Assembly: GCF_001194135.2 (NCBI RefSeq)
Contig: NC_068981.1
Coordinates: forward strand, 140,213,562-140,277,561
DNA length: 64,000 nucleotides
DNA from: Octopus bimaculoides
Lineage: Eukaryota
Reading direction: 5' to 3'
The position numbers were made by a program, and so were the translations under genes. The notes under the pieces were generated by a model. That model was not told the origin of the DNA. It saw only the letters and a program-made list of their open reading frames with translations, and searched no databases. Shown here piece by piece: positions 24,521-38,871 of the stretch. Position 1 is the first letter of the stretch. Every line of letters begins with the position of its first letter.

Positions 24521-27500
24521 TCTCTATACCATGTATATAGATAACACAAACTGGTTTGAACCACACTCTTTATTTAAAATCCCTACAATTGTTTCGATAC
24601 AATTTTACACTAGAGGCACATTGTATAATAGCATGTTGTGCAATCACTATCATTCATCTAAGGTGTAAAATACGAGCTTTGCATAGCAAAATATATGATT
24701 TTCACCGGAAACTAATACACACACACACACGCACACACACACACACACGCACACACACACACGCGCGCACGCACACACGCACACACGCACACATACACAC
24801 GCGCACACACACACACATACANNNNNNNNNNNNNNNNNNNNNNNNNNNNNNNNNNNNNNNNNNNNNNNNNNNNNNNNNNNNNNNNNNNNNNNNNNNNNNN
24901 NNNNNNNNNNNNNNNNNNNNNNNNNNNNNNNNNNNNNNNNNNNNNNNNNNNNNNNNNNNNNNNNNNNNNNNNNNNNNNNNNNNNNNNNNNNNNNNNNNNN
25001 NNNNNNNNNNNNNNNNNNNNNNNNNNNNNNNNNNNNNNNNNNNNNNNNNNNNNNNNNNNNNNNNNNNNNNNNNNNNNNNNNNNNNNNNNNNNNNNNNNNN
25101 NNNNNNNNNNNNNNNNNNNNNNNNNNNNNNNNNNNNNNNNNNNNNNNNNNNNNNNNNNNNNNNNNNNNNNNNNNNNNNNNNNNNNNNNNNNNNNNTGTGT
25201 GTGTGTGTGTGTACGCAGTGTCATAAATATTTTCTATAATTACCAAAGTTCCCCACTTACTTTCCATTAACTTCTAAATTACTACACCTACAATAGCACG
25301 TTGCAGTGGAAGGTAGTAATGTATTTGACGGCTACTGACCACGTAGAATTATGTCACACGCGTGCCCCTTTCTCGGAGCATCTTGCGGTTTCAATCGTCA
25401 CAAAAAAAACTATATGTATATGTGCATTATATATTAATGTTCATTTTTATATGAATTTCAATATAAAAATAGTTAAAAATTCAACTAAAAATTCATTCAG
25501 TACTTTGTAATATTTTATGCAATTATTGATTTTAATAAGCAGAATGGTTTGTTATGCTGAAGTTTCCATTTTCTAGCCTTCATCAGATACTCTAATGATA
25601 GCTATAAAGCGGAAGCTTCGAAGTCACTATCAATCTTCGCCTCCTTCTCTCTATCGGCATCTAGCTATTTATGTATATATGTGCGTGTATGTATGCGTAT
25701 GTGTGCATTTTTGTGTGGTGTGTGTTCGAATGTATATGCATATACAAATGAAGAAATATAGAGAGAAGATTGAAAGCACACATTGTCTCGGTAAATATGA
25801 ACTTTAAAACAAATACTGCAGAAAAAGAGAATGCAATTATTATTGCGTATTCATTTCTACGACGCAGAGTATATACCATCAATCATAGCAGTGGTTTAAC
25901 ATTTGACAAATCAATAGACTGAGTTTGAGACAAAAGTGAGTTTGTCGTTAAGTATTTTCGAAACCATGACATATCAATAACTTCACAATTCATCTCAGTC
26001 GTTATGATTTGAAGTAGAATCACCACAGCGTGAAGATAAACACTTTTTACGTTTAGATATCATCGGCATATTTATTTACTTCTGTCGAGCTGCGGAAACG
26101 ACCCCATAATCATTTTTTTCTTTCCCGATAAACTCACTTTCAAGCAATCGTTAATGCCCGGGAAGATAGCTTCTAAAATTCTACTAGAAAAGGAAGTTAA
26201 AGAGATCCTTTAATAACGATTTTTATCCGACGTTCATTACCATTTATCCCTTTTTACGTATGTCCGTGCTATCTCTGTATTACGTTGAAAAACTTGAAAT
26301 ATATTTGGCCACTTACTCTTTTACTTCCAATATATTTCATTCTCTACATTCATATACGCACAAACAGTCGCATGCACACACACACACACACACACGCACA
26401 CACAAACACTCACACACGCACAAATAGACACCCATATATGTACATAAATATATATAAATATATACACTATAGTATATTTATAAAATTCATTATTTTATAT
26501 ATATATATGTGTGTATGTATGTATATATATATGTATATATATATNNNNNNNNNNNNNNNNNNNNNNNNNNNNNNNNNNNNNNNNNNNNNNNNNNNNNNNN
26601 NNNNNNNNNNNNNNNNNNNNNNNNNNNNNNNNNNNNNNNNNNNNNNNNNNNNNNNNNNNNNNNNNNNNNNNNNNNNNNNNNNNNNNNNNNNNNNNNNNNN
26701 NNNNNNNNNNNNNNNNNNNNNNNNNNNNNNNNNNNNNNNNNNNNNNNNNNNNNNNNNNNNNNNNNNNNNNNNNNNNNNNNNNNNNNNNNNNNNNNNNNNN
26801 NNNNNNNNNNNNNNNNNNNNNNNNNNNNATATATATATATATACGTATACACATAGCCACGCTCACGCACGCACCGATACACATAAACACACACACATAC
26901 ACATGTTTACTGAGCAATATATATTATAATGTATGCACCTCTGTTTGCATTTATATCTGCGTTTGCAACCGATATTTTTAGTCAATAGACACCTTACATC
27001 TCAAACGTCTAAAATTTATATCTGCGCCTATGGATATGCGTCTATATATATGTGTGTATGAATGTGTATGTTTATCTGTATGTGTATGTATACAAAGGCG
27101 CGTTGTTGTGATGTAGGTGTGTTTGCTTGTCTATTTGTGTGCATATTTCCAAACAGATTTGACAGAGTAGCTATAGAAAACAACACTGAAGACAATAACA
27201 AAATATTTCCTCTTTCAAAATGGCTGACAACGTACGGTATAGTGTGCATTCGGATCAATATCAGATGTTTATGGTGTGCCTGCAATTCTGTGCATGGATA
27301 AATGCTTACAGAGTGAACTGTTATTATTATGATTAATGTTCTGAAACAAGCGAAGAACTTTGACATGAAATTATCTGACCGGTAAAGAAAATGTGATAAG
27401 AATATATATAATTAAATCTTTCCTAATTTCAAGAATGAATGAACTAAGAGAGAGAATATTTTATAGACACGTTTCATATCTCTTTGTTAAAGAAGTATCT

Positions 27501-30065
27501 GTCTTATATTTGAAGATGGATAACACGTTCTATAGCATATAAACACGTGAATAGTAAACTCAATTGATATTTGAATCTCTTTGGCTATAGGTATATCTCA
27601 CAGTGTCTATATTATAAATGATCAATGATAGGATTTAGCAAAACAGAACAGCGGCTTCTTGAAGCTATAGTTTTCCTCATACCAAAATTACGTTTGCTTA
27701 CTGTATTTATTGTAAGAAAGATTGATTTTGATTTGTTACGTATGATGGACACATAATACAAGTTGATGTAATAACTAAAGAGTTATAATTTACATTTATC
27801 ACTATTGATATTATTTAGGTCAGTCTGAACAAATTTGATTATGCCTGTCTAAAATATTCAAACTTTTGACAACTATATAGAACTATTTTTTAAATAGAAT
27901 CAGTATCGTGTTTCTTAGAATTTTCTAATTTAAAATACCACATCAAAGACGGTGTTTTCGAGTTTAAATCAACCTTGTAGTAGATGTTTTAATGTTTATC
28001 TTAACGCTTTTAACTTATCTGAAGTCCAGCAAATATTGATTTCGGAGACCAACTGAAGCCAACACTTTTATAAGAAGCGGGCGTATAATCTATTCAAACA
28101 ACTCTAGTTCTTGTCTGTCAGGAAGGATAAAAGTCAACATTAAAGAGTTCATTAAGTATTAGTGTCAATACTAATTGTTCGCCGTCATATGTCAATCTTA
28201 GAATATTATAATTAAGAAGAAAATATAAATAGCAGGTGTAAAATTTGCTGTTTGAAACTCAATATAGAGTGTTTACACTGACGCGCGCGCACACGCACAC
28301 ACACACACATACATACACACACTCACACATACACACAAACACACACTCATTACAAATAAAAATATATGTAAACAGGAGAAATTTCATGTTAGTGCATCAT
28401 CTGCATGCCGAGAAATCTAATCTATATTAAAATCAACACGAACCTTGTGCTATAGGCCCTTGAAGTGAGGAGGTAGTAGACAGACTTCTGTCAGATAATA
28501 ACATGCTTTTATAATGAAAATAAGAAAATTCGCAGTAAACTTATTTGACTCATGAAGCGTATAATAAAGTAGCAGATAATATTCACATGGATTTGCTACT
28601 AAACTAGTATGGAGAATGCTTACCATTACTGAAATAAGAAATTATAGAGAGAAAGCATTTTTTCACAGGATAGAAAAGGCAGCGGAAAGTTCTTGTTAGT
28701 GTTGAGTAAAGAAAAAAAGGGCTAAGTTGAAAGACAGACACGAGGAGAATGCAGTAACTGATTTGCTACTACATCTGATGGTTCCCGGAAGGCTGTTACA
28801 GTTCCGGCTCGAAACACCAAATCATCATTGGGCTTCGTCTGCTGACATCAATTCATTTTCGTCAAGGCTACATTAACGATACACGAAAGGAGGAAAAGCT
28901 TAATCTTTGAGACAATCTTTTTATGTCAGAAAATCCATACGTAGGGATGAGAGGGTTGCATATAACTGTTTAATGATACCGTGTTTCCAAAACGGTACCA
29001 CTGACAACGCCAATTCTCAACATTAATTATAAGAACATTCTTGTTATACTTTTATCAATTTCTGTTAAATAATTTCATCCAACAAACTACATTCATACTG
29101 GAATAATAAATTAGCGAGTTCTGTTTAACTCTATCCTCTTTGCTTTGTCTGTTACATCTTATAAGCATCTTAAGTTGTGGAAATGACCAGTCGAACTGAA
29201 AACAAGAGGCCGTAACCAGCAGGTAAGGTAAAACGACTACAAAGACTATATTTTTGATAATAAACACCAACAATAAACGGTTCATCTTTTTAACAATTTG
29301 ATTATGTCTGAAATTTCAATGTTGTACAAAATGCTGAAGATAAAACGCCCAAGTTAATAGATCAGTAATTACAATTAAATATAAAATAACTTGTTCTACT
29401 GAAATTCCTATTTTAACATTGCACCAAGAATCCATCAGACGCATATCATAAGTAAGAAATTGTAGATTTTGGAATTTCGACAATTAATATTCTGAAAAAC
29501 AGATACGTTTCTTTATCCTTGAGATACACAAGTGTCCATGTCAATACAATCTCTGATAAATAGCCGTAAACATGTCAAGAATAACAGTCTAAATTGTCGC
29601 TCGACAAATATCACTATTATTACCTGAATCTACACAGTGAAATTCAAACTTATATAAATGATGCACATTTTTTTTTTGATAAAATGCGAGATTGCCATAC
29701 TTCCATGCCCTTCATAATAAAGCTGTTTATTGAGATCTGACTTTGACATTGGTCAGCGAAAATAAAACTTGACATAACTTTGTATTATATTACAGTTGTT
29801 ATCATAGAACTATGACCGACTAAATGTAGCTTTCAACATCTCGGTTCACCAAAATGAAAACAGGAAATTTATAGCATATTACAGTTCACACTCCTAAGAA
29901 ATGGCTAACATCTAGCATTGCTTGAGATTCTCTTAGACAATTAAATGGAATGGACTAAGAATTTAATGTTAACGATATGACCTAAATTTTCAATTGAATA
30001 TTAAAACAAAAGAAGCGTTTGGATAGTTAATGATTGTTTGTGTAATGGCTTCGAAAATAATGAAC

Positions 30066-30240
30066 TAGGCACCGGCATATCTGGATGGTAAGAAGCTTGC
30101 TTCCCAGCCACATGATTCGGTGTTCAATTCCACGCCCGCGTGGCACCATGGGGAGGTATCTTCTAGTATATCCTCGAGCCAACCAAAGCCTTGTGGTTGC
30201 ATATCATAGACAGAACAGAAAGTAGCTTGCCGTATATATA
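30066..30240 (+). mobile_element. SINE family B, 5' part
   Basis: tggtaagaagcttgcttcccagccacatg..gttcaattcc..cgtggcacc..aaagccttgtg. Confidence 0.8.
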
Positions 30241-31288
30241 NNNNNNNNNNTACATGTATAGATGTATATATAATGTATAGATATATATAATATGCATATA
30301 CGCAGGTGTGAGTCTTTATGTCGATAGAATGAATAATAGGGTTTAACAAAATAAGTTCCGGGTGCGATTTGTTCAACTAAATCTCTTCAAGGCGGTGCAA
30401 TATCCTAGGAGTGGCTCATACGTATATAATATGGTTAAAATTACGAAATTGAACAGATTAGGTGTCTGTGATTTGCTTTGGCAAATCTATCAATGCTTTT
30501 AATTGAAAGGTAATGATTGTACTCAAATATAAATGCGATGAATGATCACCTAAACAAGACTTTCAAATAATGAGTCAAATTATTAATGTGATTTTTACTT
30601 GTTTACAGTGAGAACTAATATCAACGTTATGTACTTCACACATTATAACTTTGGTGAAAGGGTAAACTAATTTTTAGAATAACACTTTAATGTATTTCCA
30701 TTTGAACGGTTACAGCAAAGTAGATAATTCTCTCTAGATAGTAAGTTGAAATACAAAATCTTTTCTGCAGAATGTATGGTAAATATTCAGCTTTCATTCG
30801 TTCTCTGTAATGACATTTATCTGAGGTGGAATGATGATTGAGGAGATGGTAATATATGATTAAGTATAAACAGATTTATGCAGCTACAGTTAATAACAAG
30901 AGTTTACTGTGTAACATTCTGTGATATGTATCTATGCTATTATTTGGAAAGATTATCAGATTATCTGTGTATATACCAAAAACGAACTAAGGTTGTATGA
31001 CGATATGTGATTGAATCCTAGAGAGTAAACAATTTTCCTTCAATAGGCTCTCAGAACAAATCATTTCCATTCAGGCACTTTAATGAATGACGCAAATAAA
31101 TGATTTCTAACATATTTTTGAGTATGAGATGAAGTATTTATCTTTCTATCCATTTACGATGTCAACAACCTTCTCTCCGAAATACGCGTCTGAAACACTA
31201 ACATATACAACCCGTGAAATTTGTTCCGGTGATGACAGAAACAATCGCAGACTAATATATGTCGTATTTGACGTCTGTGCCTCTGTGT

Positions 31289-31365
31289 ATACATACATAC
31301 ATACATACATACATACATACATACATACATAATGCATACATACATACATACATACATGCATACAT

Positions 31366-31396
<31 letters not shown>

Positions 31397-31451
31397 TATA
31401 TATATATATATGAATATATTATATACATGTATATATGCACACACACATATG

Positions 31452-31536
<85 letters not shown>

Positions 31537-31565
31537 CTATATATATATACATATATAAATACATA
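31289..31565. repeat. Compound (CATA)n/(CA)n/(TA)n microsatellite
   Basis: Direct tandem repeats. Confidence 0.9.
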
Positions 31566-32649
31566 TATATGTATGACTATGTGTTTGCATGCGAGTGTGT
31601 GAGCATGTGTGTACATATACACATACACATATATATAATATGCATATTTACATATATGTTAGTACATGTTTATGCTCATATAAATATGCGTTCCCGCTTA
31701 AGCAGGTTGTTACATACTGGAATTAATTTGAAGTGCAACAAATCCCTTTATGCCCAGTTTTTCAACAATGTATTTGTTGTCGCCAACATACTGCAAACAT
31801 CGCAAATGCAACATCATTTTTTTTTTGGAAAAATGCCAACGTCGATTTCAGAATTTAAAAAGTAACAGATCAAATACAATTTAAATGGAACATCTACTCC
31901 AAGTTCATTTAAAACCTTGGAGATAAGCAATGCATTATAGATAAAATGCGTGTAAATGCGAATATCAAATAACTACTTACATATCAGTAAACAACATATA
32001 GATTGTCATTCACACAGGACGCTTCGCTTCAAGGAAGAAAATCTAAACAATTAAACAAACATTACTCAACAAGAGGTACTCGATAAAATAAGTAGAACAA
32101 GCTCTAAAACAATACAAAACAAAATTCATTCGCAGAACTTTAGCAGTTGCAGCATGCAGTAAAAGAGAGAAAGCATGCTGGGAGTATAAGACATAAACTA
32201 AAATTATTCTAGCTACAGTATGAATGAATGGGTTATCAAAATCTCATAAAACCGAACTTAATATGAATTAAATCTAACCACTAACAATCAGTAAACATAT
32301 ATTACAGCAACGCACGTATTAACAGAGAGCCATAAGGATGTAAGCCATGAAGGCGTTTGAATGGGTAATGTTTTAAGCTTACACTTCATGGCAAACACAC
32401 TGCTATAATGGATATACAGGGAACAATTCGTTGTAAAGTTTTCGTACAAAAACAACACGCTGGTACGAATGAAATAATATAACATAAAAAGAAAAATCAG
32501 AATTTAAAAGCATTAGATGATATCACACATCTGAGATTCTATTCTTCAAACACATATATTTCTCGAAACTTTCTTCGAAGCCAATTGCAGACTTAAAGGG
32601 CAAAGGTGCACAAATGCACAGAAGTACATATACATACATGCATACATGC

Positions 32650-33059
32650 ATGTTATTGAATACATGTACAATCATCAACACAAGTAATACTGGTGGAATG
32701 TTCACATGGAATGAGCGAAACACAAGCCGAATATTGTTGTTTGGGACGGTCATGAAAATGTATTTACTGTCATAGAAATCAGCTGTGTTGCTGATGTACA
32801 TATCTCTTTGAATATCAATGAGTAAAAGGATAACAATGGACAACTACTTCCAACCTCCAGGTTCTATATACTGATTATAAATTCACATTTATACCAATAA
32901 AAATTGGTGCACTTAGTTTTATGAGTAAAAGCCTGAGTGAAAATCTGGATAAGCTAGGGTTTTTCAGAGAAAGAAATCACCCATGTCCCACATTTTAAAA
33001 AACAATCTGTAAGTTGAAAAGAAAAAATATGCAAGACGTTTATCAAGTTTACAATGTGA
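32650..33059 (+). mobile_element. Second 3' remnant of the RLE-type non-LTR family seen at 10595
   Basis: YWWNVHME*AKHKPNIVVWDGHENVFTVIEISCVADVHISLNINE (PD-(D/E)xK-like), YKFTFIPIKIGALS, ICKTFIKF. Confidence 0.82.
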
Positions 33060-33224
33060 CATCGTTTCCATTGTATCAATGAAACTAACTATCTTTGTCA
33101 GAAACCAGTTTTTTTCCTTAGGAGAAGACCTCGAATAATTACGAGAAGGCGTACGAATATACATACACACACACACACTCACACACACACACATACTCAC
33201 ATGCACACACATTTACATAGGCAA

Positions 33225-33375
33225 TATAGGTGCAGATGTGGAAGTTTGATAAGGATCCCAGCTTCCCAACTAAGCGGTCTTGAGTTCACTACAACCACGT
33301 GGCATTTTGGGCAAGGGTCTTTCAGTATAGCGCCAGGCCTATGATACACTTGTGAGTGAATTTGGTAGACTACCC
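33225..33375 (+). mobile_element. SINE family B head, diverged
   Basis: agcttcccaactaagcgg..gagttcact..cgtggcattttgggcaag..cttgtgagtgaatttggtagac. Confidence 0.7.
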
Positions 33376-34159
33376 GTGACCCTGTGGGCCACAGGGAAAG
33401 TCTGAGTTTCCCAGCAACTGAGTTTTGTTTGGGAGTTTTGTTTTTCTTTTCCAAGTTATTTCGCATGCTTTCAACGAATGTGATATCGGAATCACGCGTA
33501 TGCGGCACCTTGCCCCAGAAAAGGAAAGATTTAGCTTCTATCTGTTGTACGACCTGCTACCGCGTAAAAGCTTTTTTGGATCCTTTATCGCAAATAGCAT
33601 TTACTTCGTAGCAGGGCCTGCAAGAAATAGCAGGTAAATCTTTAGAAGTGAAATACGTTGAATGCACTCGAAAAAAAACTATGGAAAAAAAATTGTTCCA
33701 CACCGAGGTTACGAGAGCGTCTTTTACAAAATATTTATGTCAATACAAAGTTTTGCAATGTTATTCACTTGAAAATAATTTTAAAAACATTAAAATATAA
33801 ATACTTATTGTACAAACGGCTTACATTTTTGAAATCACATTCACTTAAAAATATTTCCAAATGATTATTTACTGCAAAAAAAAAGAAAAAAAAAGAAAAG
33901 ACAAATTGTATTTTTTCGTTGTCAAGCCACTCTAATAGCAAGTTAAGAGTTGCTTCCCTTCAGGATTAAGTTAATTTCGGATACTTTTCCCGTTGTGCAC
34001 AGTTTTGGGATTTATACCATGAAAACCTTTAATATCTACACAACCACTTATCCGATTTACGCGAAATTTCTTTCATAGGGTGACTTATTTACAGTATTTT
34101 CCCATTATGCGGTAGTTTGGAGGAGTAACATTGCAAGGAAGATTCCATCAGACTCTTAA

Positions 34160-34190
<31 letters not shown>

Positions 34191-34954
34191 CATATNNNNN
34201 NNNNNNNNNNNNNNNNNNNNNNNNNNNNNNNNNNNNNTATATATATATATATATATATCATAACAGAAGGAAAATGCACAGAGTTTACATAGTTTTAATA
34301 TATTTAAAAATGAAAGAGTATTGTGGTTGTCGATCGATTTCGATTTCGCTAATCATGACACTGAAAGTATTGTAATGTCGTATTATCTTAAGAAATATCG
34401 AAAAATACAGAACATACCTAAACATGAACACATAAACAACTCTGGTCTCAGCATTTATTTTAATTCATGATCACATATTCATCACTGCATATATTTCATC
34501 TCACTAATTTAGTTTATGAGTTTTTGTATGTTTATTTATCTTACTCCCCAAAATGACCAATTAACTCCCCGGTCCTCGAGTGATAACTGTCACCTATTAC
34601 TTCCTCTAAGATTTTTCTACTTGTTGATTTATTCAAAAACTTTCATACAAAATGATTGACAAAGATCTTACGAAAATAAAAAAAATACAATAATTTCAAT
34701 GTCATGATTAACTGAAGCGAAACCAGACGACCAGCACAATAATCCTTTATATAGTACATATTAAAACTATGTAAACTGTGTGCATTTTCCTTCTTTTATT
34801 ATATTATAAATATTTTTCTTGCTTTACAACTCACCAAGTAGGGATAATCGAAATTCTCTTCCTCTCCTTACTTACTATATATAGCCTAATATTACTGTAG
34901 TCTAATATTACTGTAAAATGCTTCATAGTACATGCATTATATGCACTACTAGTA

Positions 34955-35430
34955 GTTTCACGTGAGATTTTTGATGGCTCACCAGGCCTGCACGCCTCAA
35001 ACACATCCTTCCACAAACCGCACACACGAAAAACCATACTTTCTCGCTTTCGACAGGTTCACTCCTTAGTCCCGTCCTAATTCTCTCATACGTAATTCTT
35101 TTCCTCTCAAACCTTGAACAACCACTATGCACTATTTTACTCCATCTATCGCGGTCTTGTGCCTCCCTCTCCCAATCACCAGCTGCAATTCTGTCTGTAT
35201 TAGAGAATTTTTAAGGCAAAACTTAAACCTTAGTTTAGGCCTATACGCTGGTCTCCTGCCATTTTCCAGCCCACCATACAATAGCTACTTGTGCACTTGC
35301 TCATCCCTCAACCTTACCAAATGTCCTCGCCCCCACTCCAAACTTCTACTGCCACTCTTCTCAAGCACCTCCACATTATTAATGGCCATTTTCCAGTTTA
35401 TCCACCCAATATTTCTCGGACAATATTGAT
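34955..35430 (-). mobile_element. RTE-clade LINE 3' end with terminal C2H2 finger
   Basis: WKMAINNVEVLEKSG, GHLVRLRDEQVHK*LLYGGLENGRRPAYRPKLRF, FVCAVCGRMCLRRAGLVSHQKSH. Confidence 0.85.
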
Positions 35431-35989
35431 GGTATTGTTCCAATTTCCTTACATGCATGCCTACGGTAAACAACCCATACCTACGGTAAACAACCCATGC
35501 CTCACACACAAACACACACATATACATACGCACACACATATATACGTACTTGCATATGTCTGTGTGTGTGTGTCTGACTATATACACATACTCATTAATA
35601 TATATATATATATACGAATCTTTCTTTCAATTTCCGTCTACCAAATCCTCTCACAAGGCTTTATTCGACCCGGGGCTATAGTACAATGTGTTTGAATCAA
35701 ATCTAAATGTCGAACATTTTATTAGAACAATATATGTTCCATACCCGTATCTTCTGATTTTCTAAAATGTATAAAGTCAGAGTTACAATAATTAAAAGAA
35801 GTAGGAATTTGTCAAAAATAAATAATATGCGCAATCCTAAAACTAATATCGATAGGTGCTACTTACCAAAGAAGAAGAAAGAACATGTTTGTTGTTCAAT
35901 ACATTAATCATTAGCATTGAGATAATGGGTCACAAAATCCATGCTGTGCTTTTGTCTGTAGCCAGAAACTTTTGACGTTATTGAAAAGT

Positions 35990-36465
35990 CAATAAGAATA
36001 GTCAATAATAGTCAATAAAAGTAAGAAAAGTCAATAAAAGAAAGAACGACAGGGCAATTTGAAGACAGCTGATGCAAAAAGAAAAAAAGCAAAACCTGAG
36101 AATTTTGGAAATAACGAACACTAGTTGCGAATCACAGTTGGGATGCTGGAGCGAAAAAGTTAATCGTTAATTATAACTGCCCAGGAGAAGCCATTAAACT
36201 ACATTACTATTGACAAAGACTGATAAAACTCAACCAGAGCACAAACGCAGAACGTGTGGGGAAACGACTCGACTATTAAATATTTCTTAGGTGAATATTA
36301 TAAGCCAGCACAAAAATTTAAAGGAGCGCGTATGATTATATCGGGAAAAGCAAAACATTGGGATGCTAGCCATGATTGTGGGTTCAAAGTGAAATAGAAG
36401 TGGCATGAATGTGAGCCCAAGGCTCTGGTGAAAGATAATTACAGGATTTTAGGGGATTATAACGA
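35990..36465 (+). mobile_element. Degraded R4/Dong-like non-LTR fragment (post-RT CCHC region)
   Basis: Frameshifted TAQE, HKRRTCGETT and GKAKHWDASHDCGFKVK*KWHECEPKALVKDNYRILGDYN, resembling IHWxLC..W..HxP..ENxxxKILWDF. Confidence 0.6.
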
Positions 36466-36867
36466 CAAATGGAAGAAATGCACCCTGTATGATTGCAAAA
36501 GAAAAAAAAAATAGAAAAAAGAAAAATGTCTTACATCAAAAATTTTACAGTGACATGGACTCAAGTAATACATATATTTTTTGCCGCAGGCTTGTGTTCC
36601 TGATTTGTTATTCATTTCGAGATGGGAATGAAATAATAATTTAGAAATTAAAATAAATTTTGACTGCTTCAAAGGAAATTCGTTGAAGTACACCAAATAA
36701 ATATTTTATTAGCAACAGTTATGATTATATATATATATATATATACAGAGAGAGAGAGAGAGAGAGAGATGGTTGAAATAGATAAGGAGAAAAAGGAAAG
36801 CAAGATACCGTAAGAGAGATCAATGAGCTGGTTGAAAACTGGAGAATGTGATGTATATACGTATACG

Positions 36868-36940
<73 letters not shown>

Positions 36941-36997
36941 NNNNNNNNNNNNNNNNNNNNNNNNNNNNNNNNNNNNNNNNNNNNNNNNNNNNNNNNN

Positions 36998-37060
<63 letters not shown>

Positions 37061-37526
37061 AAGAGCGAAAGAGACAGACAAAGAGGGGGAGCTGTATGGT
37101 ACAGGATAGCAAAGTTATGCATGTAATCTTTGCAGATTTAGTGTTTTAAAATGATATTTGTAATAAACTACTTCTTATTTCGGTTTTTGGTTTTTGTTTT
37201 GTTAGGAATTCTTCTTTTGAAAGAAAATGAGATATTATTTTAAGTACACCTAGAGGCGTTGTGATAAAGAAACAGATTTACTCTTACAACTAAAAGTAGA
37301 TTAAGATGGCAAGATATGATTGGCTAATAACTGCGAATCCCATTCAACTAAATTCAATTATATTCATGTTGATATATAATTGATAAGAGGCAATGGTTAT
37401 CAAATTTGAAATCCTACGTGTTTTGTGTTGCTCGTTTACAAAATATAGAAAAAATCTCGATACATTTTGGTGGATCCTCCTTCAGTTTCTATAATGAATA
37501 TGCTCTTGTCCGATCAACTGAATTTA

Positions 37527-38232
37527 CGAGTGGTTGCTGAAAGTTCGAGACTTTAAGGGTATCGCAAAAATCCTGTTGGAAGACACAAACTTCCGAGTTT
37601 TTTTTTTACAAGGCTTAGAAAAAACTGAAATGCAGCTGTAATATGTGTTATCAAAAATTACCGAACTAGTTATATTTAATAAAAAAAAATAACTTATTTA
37701 CTTTGTTTTAACATAATTTCCTTCAAAATAGTCACTTTGCGTTGCAATTCACCGGAGTTTTCTCCACATTCCCGGGAATGGCCCTCTTGAAAGCTCTTCC
37801 AAATTTCTTATCACCTTTCATAGACGTTCTTCCCCTTTTGAAGTGCCGGTGCCACTGAAAACATTGCGTACATCCCATTGACTCCTCATCATAAGCATGC
37901 TCAAACTTCCCAAACTTAACGCAAAATTTTACGTTTTTTGTTCCAGTTCCCTGTCTATGACATCATTCCAAACTACAGCATACATGTGATCACAAAAACA
38001 CAAATTTCACAACAGCGGTGTCACTCGGGACACTGCCTCATGAAGGTTATTGTTCGCTCTAACTGTGCACGCAACCGTATGCGGCCGTCTTTGACGCGCT
38101 ACAGAACTAGACCGGTAAAGTTTTGATATCACTTCGTAAATGTGTGAATCTGAGAGTGGAATATATTGAACAGAATTGTAACTAACTGTATTTTCTCTTG
38201 CCTAAAGCCAAGAACTTTTCAGCACACCCTGG
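37527..38232 (+). mobile_element. Mariner-type MITE interrupted by a nested element
   Basis: TA flanks at 37525-26 and 38233-34; diverged TIRs cgagtggttgctgaaagttc and (rc) ccagggtgtgctgaaaagttc; transposase C-terminal remnant (QGLEKLK / KCVNLRVEYIEQ) is split by the insert. Confidence 0.8.
37644..38136 (-). mobile_element. Nested mariner deletion derivative with N-terminal HTH remnant
   Basis: TA duplicated at 37642-43 and 38137-38; related termini tatcaaaaattaccgaactagtt and (rc) tatcaaaactttaccggtctagtt; DRELEQ, NVKFCVKFGK, TQCFQWHRHFKRGRTSMKGDKK. Confidence 0.82.
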
Positions 38233-38810
38233 TATGTGTAAGTGGCTAGGTATTTCCCAGACTCGAGTACGCTTTATATATTACTCTGCAAAATCACGTG
38301 CACTACAAAACGTCACCTTTGAATTTTTGGTAAAAATAAAGTCAGAGAGAATATGCAGATAGATAAAGAAGAATGATAAATCTTATTACTGGACTTTATA
38401 TCGCATCATAGATTAATGAGGTCAAAATATGATTTCGTGGGATTTCAATTTTCTGCTTAGAAAGCCAGAACAAATACTGTAATATGTTCTATCCAATGAC
38501 CAAGGATTAGATTAGACTAATGTTCTCTTCCCTAGATCTAGTAAATTCAGGAAATAGTTAGCAACAACTGTATAGTCATAGCGTTGCTGAAGTAGAAGTT
38601 AGATTGGTTAAAGTTGTGAGATGGAATAATATTTTTGTTTGCTATATTTATGAGTTAATTTTCAACAAATGAAGTAGAGACAAATATTTTCCGCTTCTTG
38701 TTCATCTCAAATTTTTTCATAACCTAGCGATATACACTGATCACTTTTCAACAGCATTTGCATAATACAGTTCTTTGCATAATTTATTCTGTGTGGTATA
38801 CACACGGAAG

Positions 38811-38871
<61 letters not shown>

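Noticed and set aside
16831-29190. Series of minus-strand micro-exon candidates (about 16831-16857, 21980-22030, 25261-25287, 26136-26171, 27307-27337, 29093-29190)
   Set aside because: Most consecutive phases do not chain without stops, peptides are unrecognisable, and such AG..GT pairs arise by chance in AT-rich DNA.
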